64,000 nt of DNA. It comes from Octopus bimaculoides. Lineage: Eukaryota. Under the pieces are notes generated by a model that was given only the letters and a program-made list of their open reading frames with translations, had not been told where the DNA came from and did not search any database. This document shows, piece by piece, positions 1-12,526 of this stretch. Location: assembly GCF_001194135.2 (NCBI RefSeq), contig NC_068981.1, positions 118,305,809 to 118,369,808 on the forward strand. The letters run 5' to 3'. Position 1 is the stretch's first letter; each line of letters starts with the position of its first letter. The position numbers and the translations under genes are program-made.

Positions 1-2094
1 ATATATATATATATATCCAACTGAGTATGTGTATGTCTGAAACCATAAATGAAGTTTTGAATATAATGCACGTGTAAATATCATTACGCATTGTTCTATT
101 TGCTTCAAAATGCGTACGCCTTATATGTACGAATTTACGGATGCAGTTTAAAGATGTACATGTTTAAATGAAGACATGCGAAGGAGCGGGTAGTGTGCTT
201 GTATGACCGAGTATGAAGCGGTATGGGAAAGTGATTGATTTTAATGAACATAATATATAATAGGAACAGAATCGAATGTAAATTCTACTTTCATGTTAAT
301 AATTTCAGTTTTGGTTCATAAAATTTCTGAAAAAGGACATTAATGTCGCAGATCATTTTCCTACTTACCCTGTAGGAGAAAGGGCAGCCATATTAGCGTC
401 CTTACCATACCAGATCCCAATAATTACTGTACATCCGAGATTTGAGCTGCCTATTGGGAACGGACGGCATAACAGTTGTTTATGATTGTGTCTCTCAGAG
501 AGAAATGTTATACAGCAAAGCTTCTAAATTGAGCATATCCGTTAACCTATTGTAATCAGCTTATACCAGATTTAGCTCAATATTTCATTAAGAACCAAAT
601 TATGCGCTTATATAGTGAGATTACTATCGACCTAGTTATATCAATATCCACAAACGCCGATTATCAACTAGTTTAACTGAAATTAAAATGCATAAACATG
701 AATAAGTGAATTTCTCGTTGCTATGTTGTTTTCCTCTCTTAGTCAGAGGAAGCAGTCTTCTGGGGTTGGTGACACGAAAGAATTTAGTTATCTTCAGCTT
801 CGAGAACGTGTCCAAATGCCTCTTAAAGACTATATTCCACTAACAGCATCGAAGCAAATGATGGAATAGAAAATATTGATATATATTGAAGGCAAACAAA
901 GGGAAGATAAAAACAGCACAACATAAAAAGAAAAGAAGAAAGAAAAGGTCTAAAGACACAAGCCATACAGACCAAAACTAAAAACGGTTACATGAGTAAA
1001 AAGTCTTTCGTTCTTTACTTGTATTTATTAATGACTGAAATATACTGTATAAACCAGGTGACTGACATTTCATATATTGAACATAGAATAAATCATGATA
1101 TTAAGAAGATGGAAGCAAAAATATTTGATGTATTGCATATAACCATTCTGTATAACAGATATAAAATATCATTCGATGTCTATAAAAATACTCGTATCCA
1201 ACATTACTTTCAGATCACACTAGGAGTTGTACTATGAAACTTGTAGCTTCTACGCGTGTGTGTGTGTGTGTGTGTGTTTATTAAAATCTTATCAAGTATT
1301 ATACAAAGTAAATTCTTCACATACTGAAATTATCATCGAGAGGACGCTGAACACATGTTTTGTGGCAATTGGCATCAAATCAACAAGAATAAAGATCATT
1401 CTCGGAAATCTATATGCCACTAATGGAAAGACAGTCTCAATCACCGGATACACATAGACTGGCATTGACACGTGTTTTTGCATTAATAGACATCATCAGC
1501 ACAAGATTTTCCTATCACCAATAAAGTTGTCCTATCACCAATAAAGGTATCTAAGCATATGAAAAAATAGTAGTAAAATATTTATGGCCCAAGGTAATTT
1601 GCGTAACTTAAACGCTTATGAGTTAAACGAAATGACAATAAGAATAGATAATTCTATTAGATACCATCAAAGCTAAAGCTAATAAGAAATCCTGGGGAAA
1701 GCTGAAGAGCAAAAAGGGTTCAGGGAAGCTTCTGCATAAAACTGTTTCGCCCTTAAACTCCTTACGCTCTAACGGAGCCAATCTGCAACAGTCAGCATCA
1801 CAGTCCTCTTGGACGGTTGAGTTACGCCAGAATCAAGGCATCTGAGTTGTAATAACCAGATCAGCAGTTCAGTTTAAAACGCCAGATGACTGTAGAGTCT
1901 TCACTAAAGAGTATTGATAATATTAACACCTACAAAGATATATATGGCAACAGTATTTATCTTTGTTTATGCTATTTTCTACTATGTATTCCAAACATAA
2001 GTGCGATGGTTTCTCATGACAATCTTATCTGTGAATTCTTAGTACTATCTTTTCCCAGTGAATAAAGAAATAGATAAATTATGCGTTCTTTTAT

Positions 2095-2545
2095 TAACTC
2101 CTATTCCACTGTAATTAAGTACAGTTGTAAGAATTCTCAGCTGCTTCCGCCATGCCGTAAGAGCTTTCGTTCTTTTACATGCAGAAATTCAGAGCTGTTT
2201 TATGAAATCATACGGTTATTTATCCCCGAAAACTCTCGTACCTCTATGTCAAGGATTCATATTTGTAAACCACATTTTCTCAATGTGATGGCTAAGCTGC
2301 CATAATTTTCAGTTTTGTAGATGTGGTTTTTTTCTATTCTCTTTTCATGAGACACAGTGGTTTCAGTCAGAAGCACTTGTGTTCATACAAGTGAGATGAG
2401 AGTAGTGTCCGGTCTCATATCACTGTTGTTGATGATGTCTGAGTGATTTTTCTATTCTGCAAGGTTTACTGTGCACTCACAGTCATTCATGTCGTCTAGT
2501 AGTGGACACCGCTTTCATGTTCCAATTTGTACAGCTGTTCTTGGC
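2095..2545 (-). mobile_element. Decayed RLE endonuclease region of a HERO-like (R2-group) non-LTR retrotransposon
   Basis: Manual minus-strand translation gives LLDDMNDCECTVNLAE*KNHSDIINNSDMRPDTTLISLV*TQVLLTETTVSHEKRIEKNHIYKTENYGSLAITLRKCGLQI*ILDIEV, then after a frameshift MAEAAENSYNC. This follows the HERO-type pattern RPD..ELTVP.E..HERK..KY..L..EVG..AEAAE, with several stops. Confidence 0.7.
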
Positions 2546-2559
2546 TACAATTTTTTCCT

Positions 2560-2670
2560 CGAAAGGATGGAGTTCAAAATCAACGTCAGTGGTATCTCAA
2601 CTCAGAACCTATAGACGGACGAATAAGCATACCCAGCGTGCTGACGATTCCACTTGCTCGCCATTTTACA
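2560..2670 (-). mobile_element. Degraded tRNA-derived SINE (family A) fragment
   Basis: The reverse complement reads ggcgagcaagtggaatcgtcagcacgctggg...gttctgagttgagat...catcctttcgagg, matching the family A head seen elsewhere in the window. Confidence 0.6.
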
Positions 2671-3542
2671 TTCTTTTAATAATATTAAAATTGTATCAAA
2701 ACGGTTTGTTTGATTGAACCCTATTTTTGTGACTTTCTAAACATGAAGATAAAATTAGTCAAATATTTTATGAAATTTTGTCCTCCAGCCACCGTTGTAG
2801 AAACAAATTCATCACGATTTCGCATTTATATTATTGCTCGTCACATTTATATCATTACTCGTCGCATTTATATTATTACTCATGTAGCGCCTTGGGTTAA
2901 ACTCAGCTTGCCTTGTTTATAAAATTATTTCAACTCACCAGGTTATAAAATTATCGTAGAAATCATAAGATGATTTAGTAAATGGTAAAAGTGAAAATTA
3001 TAAATAATGAGGGTGGCGGCTTGTTAGCAGTTTTACAACTGAAAGGCAGAAATATATACTAAAGTGACTGAGGGCATTAATCAGCACCAGTATTCCAAGA
3101 AATAAGAGTTAAAACAAAAAGAAGCACTTATCTTAATATATNNNNNNNNNNNNNNNNNNNNNNNNNNNNNNNNNNNNNNNNNNNNNNNNNNNNNNNNNNN
3201 NNNNNNNNNNNNNNNNNNNNNNNNNNNNNNNNNNNNNNNNNNNNNNNNNNNNNNNNNNNNNNNNNNNNNNNNNNNNNNNNNNNNNNNNNNNNNNNNNNNN
3301 NNNNNNNNNNNNNNNNNNNNNNNNNNNNNNNNNNNNNNNNNNNNNNNNNNNNNNNNNNNNNNNNNNNNNNNNNNNNNNNNNNNNNNNNNNNNNNNNNNNN
3401 NNNNNNNNNNNNNNNNNNNNNNNNNNNNNNNNNNNNNNNNNNNNNNNNNNNNNNNNNNNNNNNNNNNNNNNNNNNNNNNNNNNNNNNNNNNNNNNNNNNN
3501 NNNNNNNNNNNNNNNNNNNNNNNNNNNNNNNNNNNNNNNNNN

Positions 3543-3640
<98 letters not shown>

Positions 3641-4362
3641 TTTTATACACACGTGTGTTTCCATGTGTGGTATATGTGTGTGAGTTTCTGTATTCCAATT
3701 ATCCTCATATTAGCAATCTTTTACGGCACAACTATTTTGAACATGTTTTTAAGGATAATACTTAAGTTTTGCATTGTTTGTGGGTTATCTAAAAATAATT
3801 GCCTGAAAAAAAAAGACATCCCCAAAATATCGAAATACTAGGAAGAGTAAATTCTATAAATTACTCTTCCTTTCTTTTTTATTTTCTATATATCTATCTC
3901 TAACTATTAGTTTCTTTCTTACTCAAATTATACAACACCATTTCTAATATTTCAATAGCTTGTATGAAAATTCTGAGAAGTCTTATATTACATTACAATT
4001 TTCCAACATTAACTTATTTTTTGTAAGTTTTCTCATTATAGCATACATGAGGTAAACGAAACAGTAAAGTAACACGAATAACTATGTTTAAAATAGAAAT
4101 TAGAATCAAAGTTCTTTAGCAATACTCTGACATAAAATAAAATTACACAAAAGTGCACTGTCTGCCTAGATTAAAACAATAAATTTTAATTAAGAGTCAA
4201 AAACATGCACGTGACCTCAAAATTATCATCAAAATGATATATTTTTATATACAGTATAATTGAAGTAACAACTAATGTTTCGGTGTTAAAGACGATTTCT
4301 TCGTGTTTTTCAAAGTGTGTATATATAATAAAACATGAAGATACCGAATGCGGCAAGAGTAG

Positions 4363-5160
4363 AGCACCAAAGTGCATTAAACAATCGTAGCATACATACA
4401 GAACAAAAAGTATGCGTGAGTACACATCAGAAATCCACTTGTATTAGTAAAAGAATTCGTTCTTTAATGTTTTCAAGGTAAAGATATTCATCCTATATTA
4501 TTTCCATTATCCAACGCTTTCGTTATGAAATACTACACATGTAACGATTCTTCCTGTCCATAAAGCAGGTTATATTTGTTTGGCAATTTAATTCATCAAC
4601 CTAGGTAACCTGGCTTGAATATTTAAAGTTATAATCACCTTACATAATATTCTGTATAAACAAGTAACTGTTGGTATTAATTTGGTATCGGGCACTACGT
4701 ATTCAAAGACTAATCTAAACAGCAAATTTAAAATACTGAAATACGGAATTGCGGAAAGTTCGCATAGTACCAAAGGCCTCATTGACAGAAGGAATGTAAA
4801 GCATTATTTTACGGGTAGTACATAGAAACACGTACATACAAACATGTATATAATCTACGTTGTATGTTACTGCATATCTGAGTGAATGTGTGTATTACAA
4901 TTATGTCCATATTAGCAATCTTCTACAGCATAACTATTGCCAAACAAATATAACCTGATTTATGGACTGGAAGAATTGTTACACGTGTAGCCTTTCATAA
5001 CAAGAGTATTGATTAATGAAAATATTATAGGATGAATACATTTACCCACGAAAACATTAAAGAAACATTTTTTGTTATAATACAGTGGATTTCTGATGTG
5101 TACATGCGCACACTTCTTGTTCTGTATTTATGCCACGATTGTTTAATGCATTTTGGTGCA
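4363..5160. repeat. Long inverted repeat (arms ~4363-4587 and ~4936-5160, ~350 bp spacer)
   Basis: gcaccaaagtgcattaaacaatcgt...acacatcagaaatccac...aggttatatttgtttggcaat is the reverse complement, with mismatches, of attgccaaacaaatataacct...gtggatttctgatgtgt...acgattgtttaatgcattttggtgc. Confidence 0.85.
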
Positions 5161-5899
5161 CTTTGGGGCTTCACGCTTTATCCAAGGATAATACTTGAAG
5201 ACTTGCATGGTTTATAGTTTATCTATAAACTTCACTTACAAGAAACAGTATTTAATATTTTACGGGTTCAGTTATCGTAGATCACTCCATTTATTTTTGT
5301 AGAATATCAGTCACTTCCTGGCAGCACACTCCAATAAGCTAATACATATTACTCATAGTTAGATCAATGAAAATACGCACAGACGCTACCTAGTCTCTAT
5401 ATGGAACGCGTGCACTATGTATAAATTCTAGACTAATTGATATCTACGTAGCATATTCTTCCTCGCTGCTATTTCAAACAGGTAAGTATGATGCCAAAAT
5501 AAAGTTGCTAAACAGTGCATAGGAATTACCGTCAGGACTGCAAGATTAATAATATATGACAAGTTCAGGACGATTAAAATTCTACTGAATCTACAAAATG
5601 TAAGGGCTTACAAACAAACAGAATGCAGCCAGTGTTATATATTGGGACCAACTCCAAATTTGAAATCGTATAACTATATGACACTAAATATTATATTATA
5701 TATACAAGTTGAACAAGTGCGCAGCATTTCGCAATGCAACTAAAACTAGAATAAATCGCCAAACATCAGATCGTAGACAACGAATAGATTTTTACTAAAA
5801 CGCTAATTAACAACAGAATCATCCCACAAAATATAACTATCAAGGTAGATTAATAACCGGATCTATATTAATAACGCAAAATATAACATATAAATAGTC

Positions 5900-6112
5900 T
5901 TAATATTGATTTCAAAGTTTGCTACGCGGCCAGCAATTTTAGAGGAGGGGTAAGTCGATCTAAGTGCCCCCCCCCCAACGCTTAGCTGACAATTATTTTA
6001 TAGAACCCGATAGCATGAATGACGAAGTCGACCTCGGCGGAATTTGAACTCAGAGCGTAAAGATGGACGAATTGCCGCCAAGCATTTTTTCCGATGTTCA
6101 AACGATTCTACC
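5900..6112 (-). mobile_element. tRNA-derived SINE family A
   Basis: Contains gaagtcgacctcggcggaatttgaactcagagcgtaa, the reverse complement of the family A core with B-box GAGTTCAAATTCC. Confidence 0.85.
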
Positions 6113-6338
6113 AGGATGGATAGTCTTAATATTGAATACTGTTGTCTATTTTCCCATTCTTCTTAATAAGAAACAAATAAATATCTAAAACACACTTTTC
6201 TTTAAGCTTTACTTGTTTATACTGTCATCAGAAATTTTGAAGCTTTTGGTCGCTTAACTTAAAGTTATATATGTTAAAGATGCGACTTGCGGTGAAGTGC
6301 TTTATTTAAACGTTACACAAAATCCTGTCAACATCACA

Positions 6339-6381
<43 letters not shown>

Positions 6382-6539
6382 NNNNNNNNNNNNNNNNNNN
6401 NNNNNNNNNNNNNNNNNNNNNNNNNNNNNNNNNNNNNNNNNNNNNNNNNNNNNNNNNNNNNNNNNNNNNNNNNNNNNNNNNNNNNNNNNNNNNNNNNNNN
6501 NNNNNNNNNNNNNNNNNNNNNNATATGCATTATGATGGT

Positions 6540-6810
6540 GGTGATCTTATAAGCGAAAGAAAAGATGAGAGAGGAAGAGGAAGGGGAGGAGGAGGAGGAG
6601 GTGGAGGAGGAGAAGAAGAAGAAGGAGAAGAAGTGGAGAACATGAAGAAGAACAAGAAGAAGAAGAACAAGAAGAAGAAGAACAAGAAGAAGGAGAAGAA
6701 GAAGAGAAGAGGTGACGACGATGATGACGATCATCATCATCATCATCATTATCATTGTTATCATGAAGATACCAGGTCCATGGTCATGACTATCATCATC
6801 ATCACAATGA
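6540..6810. repeat. Compound trinucleotide low-complexity tract (GGA/GAA/AAG/GAT/CAT)
   Basis: Visible runs of gga, gaa/aagaac, gatgac and cat. These generate the poly-G/E/K/D/H ORF. Confidence 0.9.
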
Positions 6811-7384
6811 CAATGTCACTGCTGATTAACGCAAAAATGAATTAGATGCATATAGAACAATATCAAAGAAGCTGATGCGAAACAAGTGGCGCCATAAGTC
6901 GAAATATGAATGGAAGGAAGAAAAAAAGAAAGAGAAAGAAAGCGAGTAAGAGAGGATGTAATAACACATAAAGCTGTAAAGTAGATTTGAATATAACAAA
7001 GCTCTATATATCGAGAAAAATCAAAAATCCATAGAAAAAAATGTTTTCACTATTATGCAATAAATATTTCCTTTCCATTGCATAAGGGAATGTGAAGAAA
7101 TTTTTTTCATTGCCTTTAATCTAAACTTAATGTATCTTTTCAAACAGAAAACATATTTCGTAAGTATAAAAATATGTAATCGTTCAGTACAATAGTTCAT
7201 ACGGCCTAATGACATGTATTATGTATAGACATGCATAATACAAGGTTGTGTACACTATTACATTAATATACTTATGTACACGCACAGTTACTTATGCACA
7301 CATTCAAACATGTGTGGGTGTGCGCGTGTGTATGTGTGTGTTCGGTGCGTGTGTGTGGTTGTGTGTGGGTATGTGTGAGGGAGA

Positions 7385-7510
7385 GATAGGATCGCTGGTT
7401 TTCAGAATTTCCTCCGTTTCTCTGTGTTCTGAGATCAAATACTGACGGGGCCAATTTTACTTCTCATTCATTCAGGTTCACGAAGAAAAATATCAATGCG
7501 ATACCAACTG
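7385..7510 (+). mobile_element. Highly degraded SINE family A
   Basis: gttctgagatcaaatactgacggggccaattttacttctcattcattcagg...taccaactg resembles the family A core. Confidence 0.5.
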
Positions 7511-7689
7511 AACAAAAGCGTTCCAGCCACTCCTTCTCCATAGCGTGGAGAGCATAACATGCATGAATGAACAACTCTTACACTTCCACCATAACAAAAT
7601 TCCCTGAGCTGCACCTTTGAGATGGACATTCCAAGACGAATTACAAGATTAACACTGATTGACGAATGCCTTAGAAATATACTTGTGTG

Positions 7690-7762
<73 letters not shown>

Positions 7763-7822
7763 TTCTTCCTCTCTATCTCTTTCACTTCCTCCTCCTCACT
7801 CTCTCTCTCTCTCTCTCCTTCT
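7690..7822. repeat. (CT)n microsatellite
   Basis: Direct inspection. Confidence 0.95.
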
Positions 7823-8204
7823 CTGTTGATGCACGTGTCTATGTGCGTCACTAACGGGAGCAATTTATTTTCTACATTATGATCGAGTTTGTGACAGTGG
7901 AAACCTCCGGCGTTCTCGGCCCCGTGCCATATCTGTACTCACCACTATCTGGGCGGGGATGGCTGTTCACAAGTGCGAACCTTGTGAGTGAAAGTGACTG
8001 TTCTTAGTTATCTCCCTCGCTGGACAAAGCCTTTTCTAATTTGTTTCCTAAAACTATGAGTCAGTCTGAATTACAGGAAATGGTACGTTCCACTCCTTAA
8101 TGTAAAGTTACTCCATATAACGTATTATTATATATTGACGCTTATACCGTGACGTTAATGTCAAGTACAATATACCGTGTATAATGATACGGATCGTTTT
8201 ATGT

Positions 8205-8425
8205 CATTAAAAATATTTGGTAATGGCTGTGGTTTTAATCTGGGCCATGCTGGGACACAACCTTGAAGAATATTTAGTCGAATAAATCGACAGCATTACT
8301 TATTTTTTTAAAGCCTGGTATTTATAATACTGGTCTCTTTTTCCGAACGTCTAAGTTACGGGGACGTAAAAACACTAACACTGGTTATCACGCGGTGGTG
8401 TGATATACAGACACAAAGGCAAACA

Positions 8426-8466
<41 letters not shown>

Positions 8467-8828
8467 ACACATATATATATATATATATANNNNNNNNNNN
8501 NNNNNNNNNNNNNNNNNNNNNNNNNNNNNNNNNNNNNNNNNNNNNNNNNNNNNNNNNNNNNNNNNNNNNNNNNNNNNNNNNNNNNNNNNNNNNNNNNNNN
8601 NNNNNNNNNNNNNNNNNNNNNNNNNNNNNNNNNNNNNNNNNNNNNNNNNNNNNTATATATACGTATACGATGGGTTCTTTCCGTCTCCGCTGACCAAATA
8701 CACTCACACGGCGTCGGTCGGCCCGAAGGTATAGTACAAGACGTTTGCGAAGGTGCCACGCAGTGGGACTGAACCGGGAACCATATGTTTGGGAAGCAGG
8801 TTTCTTGCCACACAGCTACGCCTGCGCC
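8205..8828 (-). mobile_element. tRNA-derived SINE family B with internal (TA/TG)n microsatellite, interrupted by a gap
   Basis: Minus-strand head ggcgcaggcgtagctgtgtggcaag...ggttcagtcccactgcgtggcacc (A/B-box-like). The 3' part ...tttacgtccccgtaacttagacgttcgg...cagcatggcccag matches the copy at 49636-50066. Confidence 0.85.
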
Positions 8829-9329
8829 AATGTTTGTATACGTAAGTATATGAAGGGTTCTTCCGAGGAAATTTCATCTCTTCATAATCATTGTAAACTC
8901 ATCTGACAACAGGCGCGTGTTCAGTTAACTACTTCAATCTATCCAATTTCACCCACAAGCGTTGTGCCGACATGATGCTATGTTACAAGACATTAAAATC
9001 TAAGTACAAAGTTTGAAAATGCTATCATTTCTACGAAATTGTTGGAAAATCCTTGTAGCATTGTATAAGACAAAAATCTTTATGGCATAATGAGAAACAC
9101 ATGCAAGAGAGTATATCAGAAAGCAATCTATTCAATGATTGTGGTATTAAAACATAAAACAGCGTAACCTTAGAAGCTAAACATGTCGCCATTGCCCTAA
9201 AAGTAGAAAGAGTATACTATTTAACCCTACTCTATAATTTACTCTTGAAAACAACCAAGCTAATTATTATAATAATCATATGTGTAGGTTAATCAGACTT
9301 TCTAAATACAAGTTAAGTATATTTCACTA

Positions 9330-9545
9330 CAGTAATCCCTCGACTACAGCGGGTGTTGTGTTCCAAAACCCTCCACGATAGGTGAAAATCCACGAAGTAG
9401 AAACAGTACTGTACATTTTTTTATTATTTATATAATTTGTATATATTTATTTTATTATAAATGCAAAACAACACCAGAGGGGAATCGACGTAAGCTTAAA
9501 TAATAGACCACAATAGGTGAACCGCGATATGGCAAGGGATTACTG
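9330..9545. mobile_element. Tigger/pogo-type MITE (~216 bp)
   Basis: TIRs cagtaatccctcgactacagcgg and ccgcgatatggcaagggattactg, flanked by TA at 9328-9329 and 9546-9547. CAGT termini with a TA TSD are typical of pogo/Tigger. Confidence 0.85.
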
Positions 9546-11285
9546 TACTATATCCTAGATTCACTTAACCTAGAATATATAACATGTAACTTCGCGCCCA
9601 TTATAGATCAATAGCTCGTCTGTACAGGATTATAAAAGTAGATAATGGTCTTACACTGTCACGCCTTATAAATATGAATTAGATCAAAAAAGTAACTTCT
9701 AATAAATTCATTTAGTAAAGTAGGCTTACGATTATTTAGTATTGATACTATAATTTTTTTAATTGTCGGTTTCACGTTTTAGCATAAGGCCTGAGTCAAC
9801 CCAATTCTAAACCTTTTCCAGCAAAGCTAAAACAGTGAAATTCTAAATACTACTTCATTACTCTAACCAATAGCTTTCTTGATAGAAATTATCTTTTGGA
9901 ATCCTTCATATATTGAACCAGGTTTTACACGATATTGATTAGTATGTGCATTGATAGCGAATTACCGTAAGCTTCGCTTTTACCAACATATTCATATATT
10001 CAGAAACTTTGGAAAATGATTCTCTAGAAACTTTTGACTTCCTGAACTTTATATTAATATTTGACATACCTCATTCGATCTCCTTTTTCGGTGTGTTTGT
10101 GTTTGATTTGAATGAACTATGTAGTCGGACTTGGAAGTGGTGGGAAGGACTGATATGTAATGAAAGGATGTATATGTTTATGGTCTTGCTTGTAAATATT
10201 GATTCTTATATTTCCCATCTCAGTGAAGCCGAGTTCTACATCCAGAAAGGGAAGAGTTTCAATGATACCATAGCCTTACACGAAAACTCTTTACTGGTTA
10301 TCAATTTTTAAAATTTCTACGTTTTGTCTCTCTCCTTTAAAAAACACATGTAAAGAGAATGTCATTCACTGATTAGGACGTAGCTTAAGTTGTTAAAAGT
10401 TTTGCACTTCAGTTGATCTGTAAAAAAATTGTTAGGCGTGAAATGTGTCTGTTAAATGTAGTGAAACCGAAATATGTATCAGCAATTTTCTAAAATGTCT
10501 GTATATGTACATTTCTATATATGTATGTATATTTATCTATCTGTCTATCTGTTTATATTTGTCAGGGGGTGGGTGAGGTGTACATATATGTATATGAGGG
10601 TGTATGCATACATATGTACTAGTTCATTCAAATCAAACACAAACACACCAAAACAGAAGGACGAACGAGGAATGTCAAGCATTCATATACGGTGCAGGAA
10701 GTAAAAGAATTTCTAGAAAAGGATTTTCCAAAGTTTCTGAATATATGAATATGCTTCGTAAAAGCGATTCCCTATCAACGCATATATTAATCTAATACAT
10801 ATATGTATGTATATATATCATTCAACCACGGTAGTGTGGCTGAATATATTCTGAAGTCCACCATTTCGTCAATCGCATCAGCTTCCAACCTTCACCATTA
10901 AATCCGTTCTCGACTAAATTGCAACCGTTAACAGTTTTAAAGAAGACACCACCTCCCCTACACTTTGGCATAAATAGTTTGAGATTTGGTTCAGTAGAAA
11001 AACAGTTACATCAAAATTTCTGTGACCTCAAGGGGGGCAGTAAGGCACCTATTCACCTTCAATTAACATAAACTTTTTACTTTTGAATTAAAACTATACC
11101 TTTCTTAGACTTAAATGATAGAAAAATGCATGAGAAATTCAGAATCACCAGTCGCATTGAACAAAATTTAGTACAAGAAGAGTTATGAGGTAAAATATTA
11201 CGAAATTTCATGTCAGTAAGTAAGTGGGTAACGCTTCAGCTATAAGAATAAAGAATATATTTCTAAAATCAATGCTTAATTTCTA

Positions 11286-11715
11286 AGGCGGTGACCTGGC
11301 ATAAACGTTAGCACGCCGGGTGAAATGCTGAACAGTATTTCGTCAGTCGTTACGCTTTTTGAGTTCAAATTTCGCCGAGGTCGACTTTGTCTTTCAGATT
11401 ATTTAACTAATTATTTTTAAATAAACACTTTCAAACTTCCAACACTGGTAGAATATGTCATATAGAATGTCTTTGACAACATTTTGTATTTTAGAAGCGG
11501 TATTTCGTCTGTCTTTACATTCTGAATTCAAATTCCGCCGAGGTCGACTTTTCCTTTCATCCATTTCGGATTTGTTTCAATTAGACGTACAGATTATTTA
11601 TTTTTTTTAAACTAAAACCTTTCAAACTTCCGATACTGGTAGAATGTATCACATAGAACAGGGTTTACTCTTAACGTTTTTGACAAAATTTTGCATTTTA
11701 GAAGTTATTTCGTCA
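11286..11715 (+). repeat. Tandemly duplicated unit: truncated SINE A head plus non-SINE tail
   Basis: Two copies of gttcaaatt.cgccgaggtcgactt...cagattattt...actttcaaacttcc.a.actggtagaat...tttgacaa.attttg.attttagaag. Confidence 0.8.
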
Positions 11716-12526
11716 GAAATTACAGTGGACAAATTCGTGTTTGATAAGTGCCAATACACGAAACTCTCAGCTTTTGACTTACTCTTTAACTTCTGCCGAT
11801 GATATATATACATATTACATATATGTGTAATAAAATCTCATCACGCAATCGAACCAATGAAAGAGCCTCTACCTGGTCGCTCGAGACGCTAAAAATAGCA
11901 GCCAAAGTATCCCCCTACCTAAATCACATGCCCATAGTATGTAATGTCTCAGATTATCCCTAAAAAGATGGCTTGAATGTCTTTGATGATACCTTTGCAG
12001 TATCAGGATTTATTTGAGGCTAAATAACAACAACATTATGGTCAATTTCTATATTGACACTCGCACGATTTCACTAAGAAAAAAAAATTGATTTTTTGCG
12101 TGGAATCAAGTACCCTGACCACCTAATATGCTGCAAATCCCTTATTTTGGNNNNNNNNNNAATCATTGGAATTTTTCTTTCGTTCAATGAATTTCTGTGA
12201 CCTCCTAATATTGCAAAATTAGGTTACTTAAGGTGAGCCTGGTAACTGATGGCTTTGGGGTCTTGTTTGTAACTTTTAGTGAGCCATGATACAACCAAAA
12301 ACATGGTAAAAATCCCTGCCATTAATTTGGTGTGGATGGGTAATATCAAATAATTCAATCACAACATATATTTAAATTAAGCACAAAAAAAAAATTGAAA
12401 TATTATCATCACTTATATGGAAAAATTGAAATATTATCATTCAGTATTTTATAAGGTAAAATCTTAAATTATTAATTGACACATTATTAATTATCTTATA
12501 ACAGCAATGTCTGGTAAAATCATGGA

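Noticed and set aside
360-510. Minus-strand open frame ending at a strong donor (gtaagt near 367)
   Set aside because: The peptide (...GCTVIIGIWYGKDANMAALSPT) is unrecognised and the acceptor is ambiguous; such signals are common by chance.
1696-1800. AEEQKGFR motif resembling an RT domain-1 motif
   Set aside because: It is followed by a stop and no further RT motifs; the match is too short to support.
6297-6845. Poly-G/E/K/D/H ORF
   Set aside because: It spans an N-gap and consists entirely of trinucleotide repeats.
10227-10300. Acceptor followed by EAEFYIQKGKSFNDTIALHENSL
   Set aside because: There is no convincing donor and no recognisable homology.
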